NCBI RefSeq assembly: GCF_000143415.4
Contig: NW_003314278.1
Coordinates: 2,128,408 to 2,192,407 of the forward strand
DNA from: Selaginella moellendorffii
Lineage: Eukaryota; Plantae; Lycopodiophyta
Direction: 5' to 3'
DNA: 64,000 bases
The stretch's first letter is position 1. Each line of letters begins with the position of its first letter. The notes under the pieces were generated by a model. It did not search any database. It had not been told where the DNA came from and saw only the letters and a program-made list of their open reading frames with translations. This document shows, one piece after another, positions 47,820 through 59,505 of the stretch. The position numbers and the translations under genes were made by a program.

Positions 47820-49782
47820 ACACTACGCTGCCAACTGGATTTGTACGTTGGCTGATGATCTAAGGTTGGTTCTTCTGTGGCGACTGGCTTACTTGCGAAG
47901 CAAAGAAGAAGATCTTCTAAGGGAAGGGGAAAGAAGGAAGGCTTGCGAGAAATGGAAGGAAAGAAGAGCTGCTTGAGAAGTATGGAGAGAAAAGAAGATG
48001 AGCCTTGAAGATCTATGGATTTTAGTAGAAGAAACGAGGAGATCCTGGTCTGGGATGTAAGCAGGCACTCTACCAACTTGTAAGCTTGTGACTTGTACAA
48101 GGCAATGCAGCAAGAAGCGCAAGCAAATGAAGATGAGGTATATATGTGCGAGAGGATCAGTGAGAAGTCGGGTGCTTTTCCTTTTTTCTTTGCAGGATCT
48201 AAGAAACGGAGCTAAGCACAAGGGATGGAGTCCAGAGGAAAGCGGAGAAAAGAAGCTCCTCAGATGGGAGGCTACGCAGGGGCTACTAGACTAATCAAAG
48301 ACGAGCAAGGAAAAAAAAAGGGATGGAGGAGCTTTGATGCATCCAGGGACAGGAAAGAGAGCCTAGAGGTCAACAGAGCTACAAGGATTTTCAATACGGA
48401 GGCTGCGAATTAGGAAGGGAGGAGGAAAAAGAAGAGAAATCTCTCTCTTGGCTGGGTCACAGATTCTCACACCAAATGCAAGGATGGAAGAATGCCATGG
48501 CAAGCATACAGACCTAAAACTCGTCGTCGACGCCGCGGGCGGTAGAATGCCTGCCAAGATCTCAGATAGGAAGCATGAAAGGGATCTGGAGATGCCAGGG
48601 AAGGAATTGGGAGTGTATTGTCAGTCGCCGCCACAGATCATTCCTCGAGCGCCGCCAAAAAATCGCTCTCTCGCCGCCTTCTCTTCCTCCTCTTCTTCTT
48701 CCGCTTCCACGAATTTCTGGCTATGGAGGAGATCGTATAAAAGCACCCCTTAACCTCGGAGGGTTTAATTGCCACGTCACCAAGTTAGTGACTAAGCCAC
48801 GATTTAGGTCAGTGCGTATCAGGACACCTGTCAGGCGGGAAGAGTGACGTGCCGGTGTGGCCGCCACCACCAACCGGTGTATACCGGTGGACATACATTG
48901 CGGGCGCCGTATGTTTACTGATGTGACAAATTGGATTCTTGCGTATTGTCTGCTTGCTCACGTATAGCAATCCGCCGCGTGTCCTTTCTAGAAGTTGACT
49001 CAATCGCGACATGACGCGTGTCCGCGGGATTAGCGCGGCTTGAGCACCTGTTCCGCAAGATAAGATCCATGTCTGGGACGGGACGGGGGAGATGGTGGGA
49101 CAGATGGCGCGTTCCCATTTGCGGGAGGACTTCCACAGGTACAGTTAGGGCGACTAGAAAACACACGCAATGTGGTTGGGAACTGACGCGTGGCGATCAC
49201 TTTGTGTGGCTATGGTGGGAAGTTTATCTCAACGTCCATGCTATGGTTCCATTTAGTGTCGATCACGCGTTTCCATTTGCTATGGTGTTTTATATCATGT
49301 AGTTGACAAAATATGAGGCCATTAGAAGGTAAGAAGTTTGAGGCGTGTCCTTGTTTCTCTGCCACACACCCCAGGAGATGACAGCCAAATGGGGACAAAA
49401 GGCCGAGCTCTAGCGATGGCGACCCAAGAGGGTCAGGAGGAATGGAAGAAGGCTCATTGCACGATGGATGAATGATAGAGTCACAACACACACACTAATC
49501 GGGACAAACAGGAGAATTCTGGGCATAAACAAGCTAAAGTGTGTGTTTTAAAATCAATGCCGTGAGAGGGAGTATTTGTTTTTAACAATGATCGATTAAA
49601 GACTAGACGAAGAGTGGGACAAATCACATGCGTTGGAGGTATGTGTGATCGTGATCCGCCCGGAAACTTTTGCTAATCAGCGAGCACTGGAGATTGATGT
49701 GATCGACATCGTGCTGGTACTAACTTACTGTGGATGGATCACTCTCTCCAGATAAAAAATGGTGATACTATCATACAAGGAA

Positions 49783-51900
49783 CTATCGATAAAGTCCGCC
49801 CAAGATCACTGGAGATTGATCGAGCTTGGTCTTGCGTCTCATCGCCTTCCGGATAACTAAAACGTCGTCTTTGCTGCCAGCCTCGGCATAGAGATGGGAG
49901 AGGAGTACGTACGGAGACTCGGCATCCACGCCGGCCTGGACGAAGAAGCCGGCGGCTCGGTTACCTCGCCGTACATCGCCGTGGCTCCGGCAAGCGCCCA
50001 GCAGCGCCATCCAAGCCTCGTAGTTTGGCTCGAATGGCATCGAGTTGACGAGCTCCTCGGCCTCCACGAGTCTCCCACTCCGCGCGAGGAGATCCGTGAG
50101 GCAGACATAGTGATCGTAGATGGGAGTGAGGCCATAGTCGCAGGAGATCGAGTGGAAGTAGCCCCTAGCTCGGTGGAGGAGCCCGGCGTGGCTGCAGGCC
50201 GAGAGGACGTTCACGAAAGTTATGATGTCCGGGACGAGTCCCTCGAGCTCCATGGCGAGGAAGACGTCGAGCGCGGCCTCGCCGTGGCCGTTGCGAGCGA
50301 ATGCCGTGAGCATTGCGTTCCAGGAGACCGAGTCCCGGACGGGCATCTGCTGAAACACGGACCAGGCGCCGGCGGCGAGGCCGGATCGACCATACATGGT
50401 GAGCGCCGCGTTTCCCACCGCGACACTGTCCTGGAGGATCCCCGGGTGGACGATGCTGGCGATGAACGCGCTGCCTTCCTCGGCGTTCGCGATCCTGGAG
50501 CACGCATCGAAGATGGCGATGTATGTCACGGAGTCGGGGCTCACGCCATGTAAGTCCATGAGCCGGAAGACGTCCATGGCCAACTTGGTATGCCCGTTTC
50601 GGGCATAGCCCGAGATCATGGCGTTCCACGAGACAACGGCACCTTGGGCGAAGGCGTGAGAGATGGTATCTTCGAGCACGGCTCTGGCGTCGTCCACTCG
50701 ACCACTCTGTGAATATGCCGCAATCATGGAGCTGGAGGAGACTGGGTCGCGGTGGTGGATTTTGTCAAAAGCTTGCCTTGCGTCTTCCAGGGAACCATTG
50801 ACGGCGTGGGCTTGGATCATGACGTTGAGAGAGATTTGGTTGTGGCTGGGCATTCGTTGAAAGGCGAGCTTGACGCTTGCGAGACTGGCGTTGTGCGTAA
50901 GCGCTTGGAGAAGTGTGTTCCAGGAGACTATGTCTCTCTGGGGGCTGACGGTGAAAAGCACTTTAGCTTCCTCGAGAAGTCCCTTGGATGAAAAGAGCTG
51001 GATCATGGCGTTCCAGGTAAAGAGATCGCGGTGAGGCATGGTCTGGAAGAGAGCTTTCGCGTGATCAAAATGACCACCCGAGGCGTACGCTTGGATCATC
51101 GAGTTCCAAGACGCAACGCTTCTGTGCGGCATGATATCGAAGGCCGTCTTGGCGACTTGGAAGCCTGTACTGCTGGAGAACGCAGCGATGAAAACGTTCC
51201 AGAGAACAGAATCTCTCTCGAGCATGGAGTCGAAGAGTGACTTTACGTGAGAAACATGGCCTTTGGCAGCAAATGCTTGCATCATAATCGTTCCGGCCAT
51301 GAGACTGATTTCTGGAAGATTGTCAAACACTTCCTGGCAACCGTCAAGGTTAGACATATCGGCGTACGAATTCATCAACGTTGTCCAGGAGATAAAGTCG
51401 CGAGAAGGCATTTGATCAAAAAGACCTTTAGCAACGTCAAGATGCCCAGATTGGGCATGTGCCTGAATCATAACATTCCATGCGGCAGTGTTTGGCTCAG
51501 GCATCAAGTGAAACAAATCTTTTGCTTCTTCTAGTTTTCCTTTCTGTGAGAAAAATGCAATGATCGAATTCCAGGAAACCACATCTCGACTCGGCATTCT
51601 CTCAAACGCTATCTTTGCCGACTCCAGATGCCCGTTGTGAGCATATGCACTAAGCAGAATGTTCCACGAGAACTTATTGCGTCGAGAGAGGCGATCGAAC
51701 GCTGAATGGGCATGGATCGCACTTCCACAGCTGCCATACATTTGCACGACGAGATTGCCCAAGTAGAGATTGCCTTGGAGAGAGACATCGCTGAGGACCT
51801 GGTCGTGGAGACGATGTGCCTGTGGCAACGATTTGCACTGCCGGAGGAGAGAGGCGATCGATTTCTCGTCGGAAATGTGGCTGATGGATCGCGCAAACAT
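49783..51900 (-). CDS. PLS-class pentatricopeptide repeat protein with E domain (no DYW)
   Basis: Repeated FxxMPxRDxVSWNxM motifs; LSACSHAGL, HYVCLTDLLARSG, WMALLGACRSHG, YVLLSHLY. Confidence 0.92.
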   Translation of the reverse strand: MFARSISHISDEKSIASLLRQCKSLPQAHRLHDQVLSDVSLQGNLYLGNLVVQMYGSCGSAIHAHSAFDRLSRRNKFSWNILLSAYAHNGHLESAKIAFERMPSRDVVSWNSIIAFFSQKGKLEEAKDLFHLMPEPNTAAWNVMIQAHAQSGHLDVAKGLFDQMPSRDFISWTTLMNSYADMSNLDGCQEVFDNLPEISLMAGTIMMQAFAAKGHVSHVKSLFDSMLERDSVLWNVFIAAFSSSTGFQVAKTAFDIMPHRSVASWNSMIQAYASGGHFDHAKALFQTMPHRDLFTWNAMIQLFSSKGLLEEAKVLFTVSPQRDIVSWNTLLQALTHNASLASVKLAFQRMPSHNQISLNVMIQAHAVNGSLEDARQAFDKIHHRDPVSSSSMIAAYSQSGRVDDARAVLEDTISHAFAQGAVVSWNAMISGYARNGHTKLAMDVFRLMDLHGVSPDSVTYIAIFDACSRIANAEEGSAFIASIVHPGILQDSVAVGNAALTMYGRSGLAAGAWSVFQQMPVRDSVSWNAMLTAFARNGHGEAALDVFLAMELEGLVPDIITFVNVLSACSHAGLLHRARGYFHSISCDYGLTPIYDHYVCLTDLLARSGRLVEAEELVNSMPFEPNYEAWMALLGACRSHGDVRRGNRAAGFFVQAGVDAESPYVLLSHLYAEAGSKDDVLVIRKAMRRKTKLDQSPVILGGLYR

Positions 51901-51978
51901 AACCCAAACCCACGATTCATGGAGTTCTTCATCGCCTTCTCATGGAAAAACCGCAAAGAGGGTTTTTTCTGATGCTTG

Positions 51979-52614
51979 ATGGCTGTGGCGGCGATGATCG
52001 GTGGTGGCGGTATCGGGAGAGCACGACTCCCAGCTTTCCACCGTGATGGGCGCTTTGCTTTCGATCCATCCTCTCCCCAGGTACTACTTATCTTAAGAGT
52101 AAGCACAACACGATCGATCTATCAGCGAGTGATCAAGCTTTGCCGATTCTCTTAGTTTGCTCGAGGGCGACTGACGATCCGGAACGCGCGCGTCGCGAAT
52201 GTGGAAATCCCAAACAACAAGCGCATCGAGACATCGCTCCAGTACATCCACGGCATCGGCCAGACAACCGCCAGGCAAGTTCTTCTCGACGCTGGGATTC
52301 TAAACAAGAAAACGCAAGAGCTGTCCGAGAAGGAGCTCTCCAAGATCCGCGACGAAGTTGGCAAGTATATGATCGAAGGAGACCTTGTGAGCTTTCTTTC
52401 TTTCTTTTTGCCTTCTCTGGAGGTTGATCGATCAAAACTCTTGCAGCGGCGATTCAACCAGCTCAACATCCAGCGTTTGATCGATATCAAGTGCTATCGG
52501 GGGTTGCGACACCTTGCCGGATTGCCAGTCCGAGGCCAAAGAACACGAAACAATTGCCGGACTCGCAAAGGCAAGAAGAGAACCATAGCTGGCAAGAAGA
52601 AACCCACGAGATAA
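51979..52614 (+). CDS. RPS13: Nucleus-encoded plastid 30S ribosomal protein S13
   Basis: Exons 51979-52080, 52156-52386, 52447-52614; transit-peptide-like N terminus; [25 protein letters not shown]...[18 protein letters not shown]. Confidence 0.9.
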
Positions 52615-52632
52615 GTTGTGTTCAAGATGCAA

Positions 52633-55506
52633 TCAACCGCAGCTTGCTTCCGCGTGTAGATTCGATATCAGAACATACGGTAGTGCATTCTCCGGATCCA
52701 AGCGATAAATTCTATCGCCAGCTCGCGATGCTCGAGGTCCATCGCCATGGCTCTTGCAAGCGGCCAGATAAGTCGTCCAAGTTGCGGGATCACTCGACAA
52801 TGCTTTGATATCCACCGGCATAACTCCGATCAGATCCTCGGCCTCCTGGAGCTGGCCAGTTCGTCCCAAGAGATCCACCATGCAGACATAGTGATCCTCC
52901 CTGGGACAGATGTTATAGTCGGCTCGCATGGAAGCAAAGTATTCCTGTGCTCGTCCAAGCAATCCGGCATGGCTGCAAGCCGAGAGGATGCTCACAAAGG
53001 TGACGCTGCTGGGCTTGACCCCCTCGAGCTCCATGGCTTGGACGATCTCCAAAGCTCTCCTCCAGCCACCATTTTGAGCGAAAGCCGCGATCGCGATGCT
53101 CCACGACACTTCCGTCCGGTGAGGCATGCTCTGGAAGAGCTTCCACGCTCGGCCCGGCGATCCACACTTGGCGTACATGTTCATCACGCTGTTGGCAACG
53201 ATCGTCTGGAGCTCCATGCCCGATTCCGCGACGCAGGAGTGGATGATCTCGCAAGTTTTGAGGCTGGCCACCATGGACCCGGCCTCGAGCACGCTGAGCA
53301 GTGTCTTGGAGTTTGGCTTGACGGCCTCGAGGTCCATCTTCTGGAAGACGTTGATCGCTGCTCGCCAGTCTAAGTTGTGGACGAACCCGGCGATGAGCGC
53401 GTTCCAGGCCGCGACGTTCATGCGGTGGTCCATTCGCTGGAAGATCTCGGTGGCTTTAGTCGTGTCCCCGGCTTGAGCGTAGGCCGAGATCATCGTCGTC
53501 CAGGTGATGGAAGTTCTGTGAGACATGGATTCGAAGAGCTCGCCTGCTTCTCTCGCCGCTCCAGCAATGGCGCAGGCCTGGAGCATCGCGTTGCAACACA
53601 CGGTGGTCTTCTCCGAGTCGGGCATCGATTCGAAGAGTCGCTTGGCGTCGAGGAACCGATCGCTCTGCGCGTAGGCTAAGATCATCACCGTACAGCACAC
53701 AGCGCTGTGGTATTTGAGACACTTGAAAGCTCGGATCGCAGCATCGATTCTCCCGTTTTGAGCATACGCTGTGATGATGGTGATGACCGAGGAGACTTCG
53801 CGCTTGGGGAGTTTCTGGAAGAGATCCTCCGCTTCGTGGAGGCGGCCGTTCTGGGCATACGCTTGGATCATCGCGTTCCACAAGAAAACGTTCCTCTGGG
53901 GAGCTCCGAGGAAGAATTCTTGAGCATTTTCTATCATCTCGCTGTCGGACATGGCCGCCACCATGATTGTCCACACAACAACGTCGTGCTGCGGCATTCT
54001 CTCAAACATCTCTCTCGCGAGATCAAAGCTCTTGTTCTGCGAGTAAGCGTGGACCATGGCTGTCCAGGCGATGATGTTCTTCCGCTCAAAGCGATCAAAC
54101 AGTGATTTCGCATTGAAGGCATACCCGTTTTGGGCATACGCTCCGATCATAGTCGTCCACGAGACAACGTCCCTCTTAGTCATGCGATCAAACACAAGCT
54201 TCGCATTTTCAAGGTCGCCATTGAGGGAGTACGCCTGAAGCATCGCATTTTCGCAAGCTAGGCTCTTCCAAGGAAGAGACTCAAACAGGTTCTTGGCCTG
54301 CTCGATATGCCCGCCTTGGGCATACGCCGAAACCATTATAGTCCACGATACGGAATCCTGGAGTGGCATGGAATCAAAAAACTTCCTGGCTTCTTGAACA
54401 TTTCCGCAAAGAATTTGGAGCTGAAGAGCGGAGTTTAGTGTCATCGAGCTGTGAGAAGGCATCCTTTCAAACAATTGCTTAGCGGGTTCTGCATGCCCGT
54501 GCTGGGCATACGCCTGGAACATCGCACTCCACGAGACAACGTTCTTATGCGGCATCAAATCAAAGCATCTCCTTGCTTTGTGAGGATCATCAAACTCGCC
54601 ATAGACTGTGATCATCGCCGTCCACGAGAAAACGTCGCGCTCCGGCATCGTGGAGAAGATCTCCTCGCATTGACCTACACCGGCATTTGCTTGGAGCATT
54701 GCGTTCCACGAGACAAGATTTCTCTGGGGCATCCTCAGGAACACGCTGTAAGATTCTTGAAGATAGCCATTTTGGGCATAGCCAGCAGCCATAGCCGTCC
54801 ACGAAATAAGATTTCTTTCTGGCATAGAGTCAAACAAAGATCTCGTTTTGTCAAGATGCCCAAAATTGGCATATGCTGTAAGCATAACAGACCAAGAAAC
54901 GTGGCTGTGCTCTGGCATATAATGATATATTTCTTGAGCGAGATCTAAATTACTACTAGCAGAGGCTTGAATCAAAGTATTCCAGGACATGTAATCCCTT
55001 TCGGGCATCATGTAGAATAAATCATTTGCTTCTTCCAAATGCCCTCTTTGGGCATATGCTGAAAGGAGAGAATTCCAGGTGATAGTGTCGCGCTCCGGCA
55101 TTCTATCAAAAAGCCCTTTCGATTCACCCACAGCATTGTTTTGGATGCACGCAGTGATGATGATGTTCCAGGAGAAGGCGTTGCGGCGCTGGATCCTCGC
55201 GAATGCCGAGAAGCAATCGCGGAGGCAGCCACAGGTACCATACATCCGGACGAGGAGATTTCCCAGGAATGTGTCGCGTTCGGAGCCCATCACCTGGAGC
55301 TCGGCGTGGATTTGCCTTCCGCGGAGGAGATCCCTCGAGCTGCTGCATTGGCGGAGAATAGAGGCGAATGTAGCGTTGTTTGCTGGGGATCCTGGCGATT
55401 CTAGCCATGGCGGAGCTTGATACCTCAGAGAATTCGTGGAGGAGTAGCGCGCGACTCTCAGGCGACTGGGTTTTGGCGAATTCAAACGAATGCCGCATAC
55501 GAGCAT
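52633..55506 (-). CDS. PLS-class PPR protein (long array of short 31-aa motifs) with E domain
   Basis: 957-aa ORF of tandem PPR motifs ending LSACSHAGL...HYVCMVDLLGRTG...PYVLISNL. Confidence 0.92.
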   Translation of the reverse strand: MLVCGIRLNSPKPSRLRVARYSSTNSLRYQAPPWLESPGSPANNATFASILRQCSSSRDLLRGRQIHAELQVMGSERDTFLGNLLVRMYGTCGCLRDCFSAFARIQRRNAFSWNIIITACIQNNAVGESKGLFDRMPERDTITWNSLLSAYAQRGHLEEANDLFYMMPERDYMSWNTLIQASASSNLDLAQEIYHYMPEHSHVSWSVMLTAYANFGHLDKTRSLFDSMPERNLISWTAMAAGYAQNGYLQESYSVFLRMPQRNLVSWNAMLQANAGVGQCEEIFSTMPERDVFSWTAMITVYGEFDDPHKARRCFDLMPHKNVVSWSAMFQAYAQHGHAEPAKQLFERMPSHSSMTLNSALQLQILCGNVQEARKFFDSMPLQDSVSWTIMVSAYAQGGHIEQAKNLFESLPWKSLACENAMLQAYSLNGDLENAKLVFDRMTKRDVVSWTTMIGAYAQNGYAFNAKSLFDRFERKNIIAWTAMVHAYSQNKSFDLAREMFERMPQHDVVVWTIMVAAMSDSEMIENAQEFFLGAPQRNVFLWNAMIQAYAQNGRLHEAEDLFQKLPKREVSSVITIITAYAQNGRIDAAIRAFKCLKYHSAVCCTVMILAYAQSDRFLDAKRLFESMPDSEKTTVCCNAMLQACAIAGAAREAGELFESMSHRTSITWTTMISAYAQAGDTTKATEIFQRMDHRMNVAAWNALIAGFVHNLDWRAAINVFQKMDLEAVKPNSKTLLSVLEAGSMVASLKTCEIIHSCVAESGMELQTIVANSVMNMYAKCGSPGRAWKLFQSMPHRTEVSWSIAIAAFAQNGGWRRALEIVQAMELEGVKPSSVTFVSILSACSHAGLLGRAQEYFASMRADYNICPREDHYVCMVDLLGRTGQLQEAEDLIGVMPVDIKALSSDPATWTTYLAACKSHGDGPRASRAGDRIYRLDPENALPYVLISNLHAEASCG

Positions 55507-55737
55507 TCAATATTTAGGGTTCTTGGCCATCGCGCGTCGCGCTAGCGAGGATGATCGTGCCGCTATCGATGGCGATGTGAAAGATTTCCATGCGGAAGGC
55601 CGGGGCGACGAATGTAAGCGCTCTCTTGATCGCTTTGGATCGCATTTCACGCTTTTCTTGCTCAGTGGAGCAGCAGCACTCTTGATCTAGAGCATTTCTT
55701 CTCGGGAGATACCCAGTATCCTGCCAGTTCTCATCGG

Positions 55738-57987
55738 GTGTGCTTGGCGAGGAGGAGGAGCTCCTCGATTTCATGGAGCTCCAATTCGAGAGCTCCTTGC
55801 CGGGAATCCAGCCAAGGTTTCAGGTACTGCGACGACGGGCAGCTCGTGAGGGTAGAAAAGATTCTAGCTGCATTGAAGGTTTGCAGCAACTCCAAGGATC
55901 TCAAGCAGGGCAGGATCATTCACGCCGATGCCACTAGCAGTGGCGATATCTCCGACTTCTACGTTGCAAACAGCCTCATCAACATGTATGCGAAGTGTGG
56001 AAGCATGGCCGACGCTCGCAAGGTCTTTGACGCCATGAAAGCTCGCACCGCAGCTTCGTGGACCGCCTTGATGTTTGGCTATGCCGAGAACGGGCATCCG
56101 GAGCTAGCTCTGGAGCTTTTCCAGCGGATGATACAGCTCGACTACGCTCCAGATGCCAGGAGTTTGGTTGCTGCTGTCCAGGCGTGCATCAAAATGGCCG
56201 AGGCTGAAGATGGCAAGAGAGTTGGAGGTAAGAGCTTGAAGCTCCAAGCACTGGAGAAGGGAATGGCGATTCACTATGAAGCTGCGAAGTTGGGTGGGAT
56301 GGACACGGATATCTTCGTCGGGAACACGCTCGTCAACTTATATGCCAAGTGTGGGAGCATGGTGGAAGCTCGCAGGATCTTTGACAGGATTAAGTTCCAC
56401 AATGTGGTGTCTTGGACGTCGCTGCTCATGGGATACGCCGAGAATGGGGAAGGGGAGCTGGTTCTAGCGCTCTTCTCGTCGATTCAAGAAGAACGAGGGC
56501 CCTGCGCACCGAATGCTCGAACTTACGTCGCTGCTCTGAAAGCTTGCACGAATCTAGCCGAGGCCGAAGAGGGACAGCAGGTTGATGGAAGGATTGTCAA
56601 GATGAGGAGCCTGGAAAAGGGTCTGGCATTGCACTCTCGAGCTGCAAAGCTCGGTTTCGTGGAGAACATGTACCTGGCCAGCACTCTGGTGGACATGTAT
56701 GCCAGATGTGGGAGCTTGCTCGATGCTCGAGAGGCGTTTGAGAGGATGCCAAATCGAGACGTGGTGTCTTGGAACGTTCTCATATTGCGGTACGTAGACA
56801 GTGGTGACGGAGAGCAGGCTTTGGAGTCGTTCGCTCGGATGAGCGGTCGAGCAGACTCGCTCAGCTGCGTTGCTGCCTTGAAAGCTTGCACAAACTTGGC
56901 TTATAGAGAAGAGAACAGAGAACTGGATGGCAAGATGGTGAAGGTGAAAAGCCTGGAGAGGGGCATGGCAGTCTACTCGCTAGCAAGACGAAAAGGCTTC
57001 CATACGGACATCTTCGTAGCCAACACTACCATCGACATGTATGGGAAATGCGGGGTCACAGCTGACGCGCGCAAGGTGTTCGACAGGATGCCGCTCCGGA
57101 CTCTGGTTTCCTACAACGCTCTGATGCTGGGATACGCAGAAAATCAGGAAGGGAAGCTCGGGTTAGATCTGCTGGCAGAAATGGATTCAGACAGATCACT
57201 CTTGGAAGAACCAGATGGCCGGACTTTCGCTGCTGCTCTAAAGTCTTGCGGGAGTGAGGCATCGCTGCAAGCTGGAAAATATGTCCACGCTCGTGTCTGC
57301 AGCTCCAGCCTTGAGACGGATGCGGTTCTAGTTACATGCTTGCTTCACGCCTACGGAAAGTGTGGGAGTTTGGTCGACGCTCATCTGGTTTTTGACTCGG
57401 TTTCTGGGAGAGTTTTGGAAACTTGGACAGCGCTTATGGCAGGATACAGTCAGCTAGGAGACACGGAACAGGTATTCGATCTCTTTTATATGATGCAAGA
57501 CGAAGGCTTGCAGCCAGACGGAATAACTTTCGTCTGTCTTCTTACAGTTTGCAGCCATGGCGGCCTCGTGGAGACGGGAAAAAAGCTTTTCCGCGCAATG
57601 ATATCGAAATACAGGATTAAACCTTTCATCGAGCACTACCACTGCATGGTGGATATCCTGGGACGAGCCAACGAATTGGATGCCGCTCTAGCATTGGTGG
57701 ACGAGATGCCTTTTAAGCCGAGTGCCGTGACATGGATGACGGTCCTAGGTGCCTGCGTGAAGTGGAAAAATGTGGCGGTCGGGAGGATCGCATTCGAGGC
57801 CCTGCTGGAAATCGACGAGAAGGATGCTGCGAGCTACATGCTTATGGCGGCCCTTTACCGCAGCACAGGAATGTGGAAAGAGCAGTCTGTGGTGGAAGAG
57901 ATGAGAATCGCAGCACAGGCCTGGGCCAAGACGGGGCGTAGTTGGACGGATCAAGCTGGAATGGTTCATAAGTTCGTGCCAGATTGA
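55738..57987 (+). CDS. PLS-class PPR protein with E domain; three P-L-S triplets carry a ~20-aa insertion
   Basis: NSLINMYAKCGS, HYHCMVDILGRA, WMTVLGAC and YMLMAALY motifs; true start uncertain. Confidence 0.9.
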   Translation: MCLARRRSSSISWSSNSRAPCRESSQGFRYCDDGQLVRVEKILAALKVCSNSKDLKQGRIIHADATSSGDISDFYVANSLINMYAKCGSMADARKVFDAMKARTAASWTALMFGYAENGHPELALELFQRMIQLDYAPDARSLVAAVQACIKMAEAEDGKRVGGKSLKLQALEKGMAIHYEAAKLGGMDTDIFVGNTLVNLYAKCGSMVEARRIFDRIKFHNVVSWTSLLMGYAENGEGELVLALFSSIQEERGPCAPNARTYVAALKACTNLAEAEEGQQVDGRIVKMRSLEKGLALHSRAAKLGFVENMYLASTLVDMYARCGSLLDAREAFERMPNRDVVSWNVLILRYVDSGDGEQALESFARMSGRADSLSCVAALKACTNLAYREENRELDGKMVKVKSLERGMAVYSLARRKGFHTDIFVANTTIDMYGKCGVTADARKVFDRMPLRTLVSYNALMLGYAENQEGKLGLDLLAEMDSDRSLLEEPDGRTFAAALKSCGSEASLQAGKYVHARVCSSSLETDAVLVTCLLHAYGKCGSLVDAHLVFDSVSGRVLETWTALMAGYSQLGDTEQVFDLFYMMQDEGLQPDGITFVCLLTVCSHGGLVETGKKLFRAMISKYRIKPFIEHYHCMVDILGRANELDAALALVDEMPFKPSAVTWMTVLGACVKWKNVAVGRIAFEALLEIDEKDAASYMLMAALYRSTGMWKEQSVVEEMRIAAQAWAKTGRSWTDQAGMVHKFVPD

Positions 57988-58179
57988 AGCGAAGCAGGAA
58001 AAGACCTTGTAAACCTCTAAACGCATGCTCAACGGCGACAGAGGTAAATCTCAGTTTGTTTCCTTATATCGACCTCTTTGACTAAAAGCTTTTTTTTTTG
58101 CAGAGCATGCATTTGAGCAATGAATTGATTTGTTACCGCCTCCCTGATGGTTGGAGCTCCAGAGACATTGCAAAGAGAG

Positions 58180-58557
58180 TGCTAGGTTCTCCAGAACCCA
58201 GCTGCCAGTTGCCAGGTAGAACCAGGCTACCAGCTGCCAATTCTGGAGAACCCTTTCATCCTCGAATAACATTTTTCCATGTGTTTGTTAATGGTTTCGC
58301 CACAGCCTGTTAAGAGGCAGCTCCCGGGTAGGGCAAGCACATTCCCACCCAGAACGGGTGAGCCAAGCATTAGCCCGGCGAGCACGTTCTGGAGGGAACG
58401 AGCGAGGTCGTGCCTGGGAACAGCCTTAACAGGTTGTGGCGAGACTGTTAACAGACATGTGGAAAAATGTTATTCGAGGATAGTAGGGTTCTCCAGAATT
58501 GGTAGCTTGGTTCTTTAGAACTTGGCTGTTGGTAGCTAGGTTCTGGAGAACCTGGCA
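58180..58557 (+). ncRNA. Long imperfect fold-back (candidate pre-miRNA/hpRNA or MITE remnant)
   Basis: Arms ~58180-58330 and ~58410-58557 are reverse complementary; mismatches are mostly G-U compatible on the + strand. Confidence 0.5.
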
Positions 58558-59505
58558 GTTGTCAGCCACGTTCTCGTAGAGAAACTGACTCGATCTGACG
58601 GTTGCCAATGGCTGGATCAAATTAACGGGAGAGCCATAACCCGTTAAGGTAATGCGGGAGTGCTATATTATAATTAGATGATTTTTAAGTAGTTTAACAT
58701 GAGTCTCCATCATCACAATTTAATGTCTTGTTCTCCAGAACCAAACCATTCCCTTCCTAGTATATGTCCAAAGAGTTGACAATTCTTGGAAGTACATAAT
58801 GGAAGTTTCTCCAATTCCAATTGCAATATATGCTCTTTGTTATTTGACTGTATGTATTCACTAAAGGCCAATCTGTAAAACCCAGTTTCCAGATGAAATG
58901 GTTTTAGAGCTAAGCACATTACTGCATTGCATAAGTAAATTTCCTAGATTGGTAACTTGAAAAATACAAGAATCCCCTTAACTAGTGAATCTATTTAATA
59001 TTTGTCTAGTGAAAGGTGCAATGGAAATGCATAATGTACTTCTACCATTTTTACTAGTTGCAGAGATAATTATTTTGATTATATAAAACAAAATTGCAAT
59101 CTATTTGTATAAGAAGCCTGTATTATTGGAAACCAATGCTTCATTAGACAATGTTGTTGGAGCTGGAAAAATTGGATTTTCTGCAAATTACAAGACTTTA
59201 CAACATCACCTCCTTTTGGAAGGATAAAAGGCAATTAGAACTTTCTAGTTAATGAGCCAAGATCTGAAAGAATATCAGAAAAAGGCATTAGTAGATTTGT
59301 AAGTGGTGTAACTTGTTTTTGATCCTTTTATATAAAGTGCTTAAGCTATTATATATATACAATTTCTAGAGGATTGGCTTATTGAATGTCATATCAAATC
59401 TTGGTGCAATCCAACTTGGTGCAATAATTAATACCCTTCCACTAAATAAAATGCCTCTTAAACAAACTATATATTATAAAATTGGGAAAGCAAACCAATA
59501 CCAAA

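Noticed and set aside
49894-55420. Many antisense ORFs over the PPR genes
   Set aside because: Shadow frames of GC-rich coding sequence.
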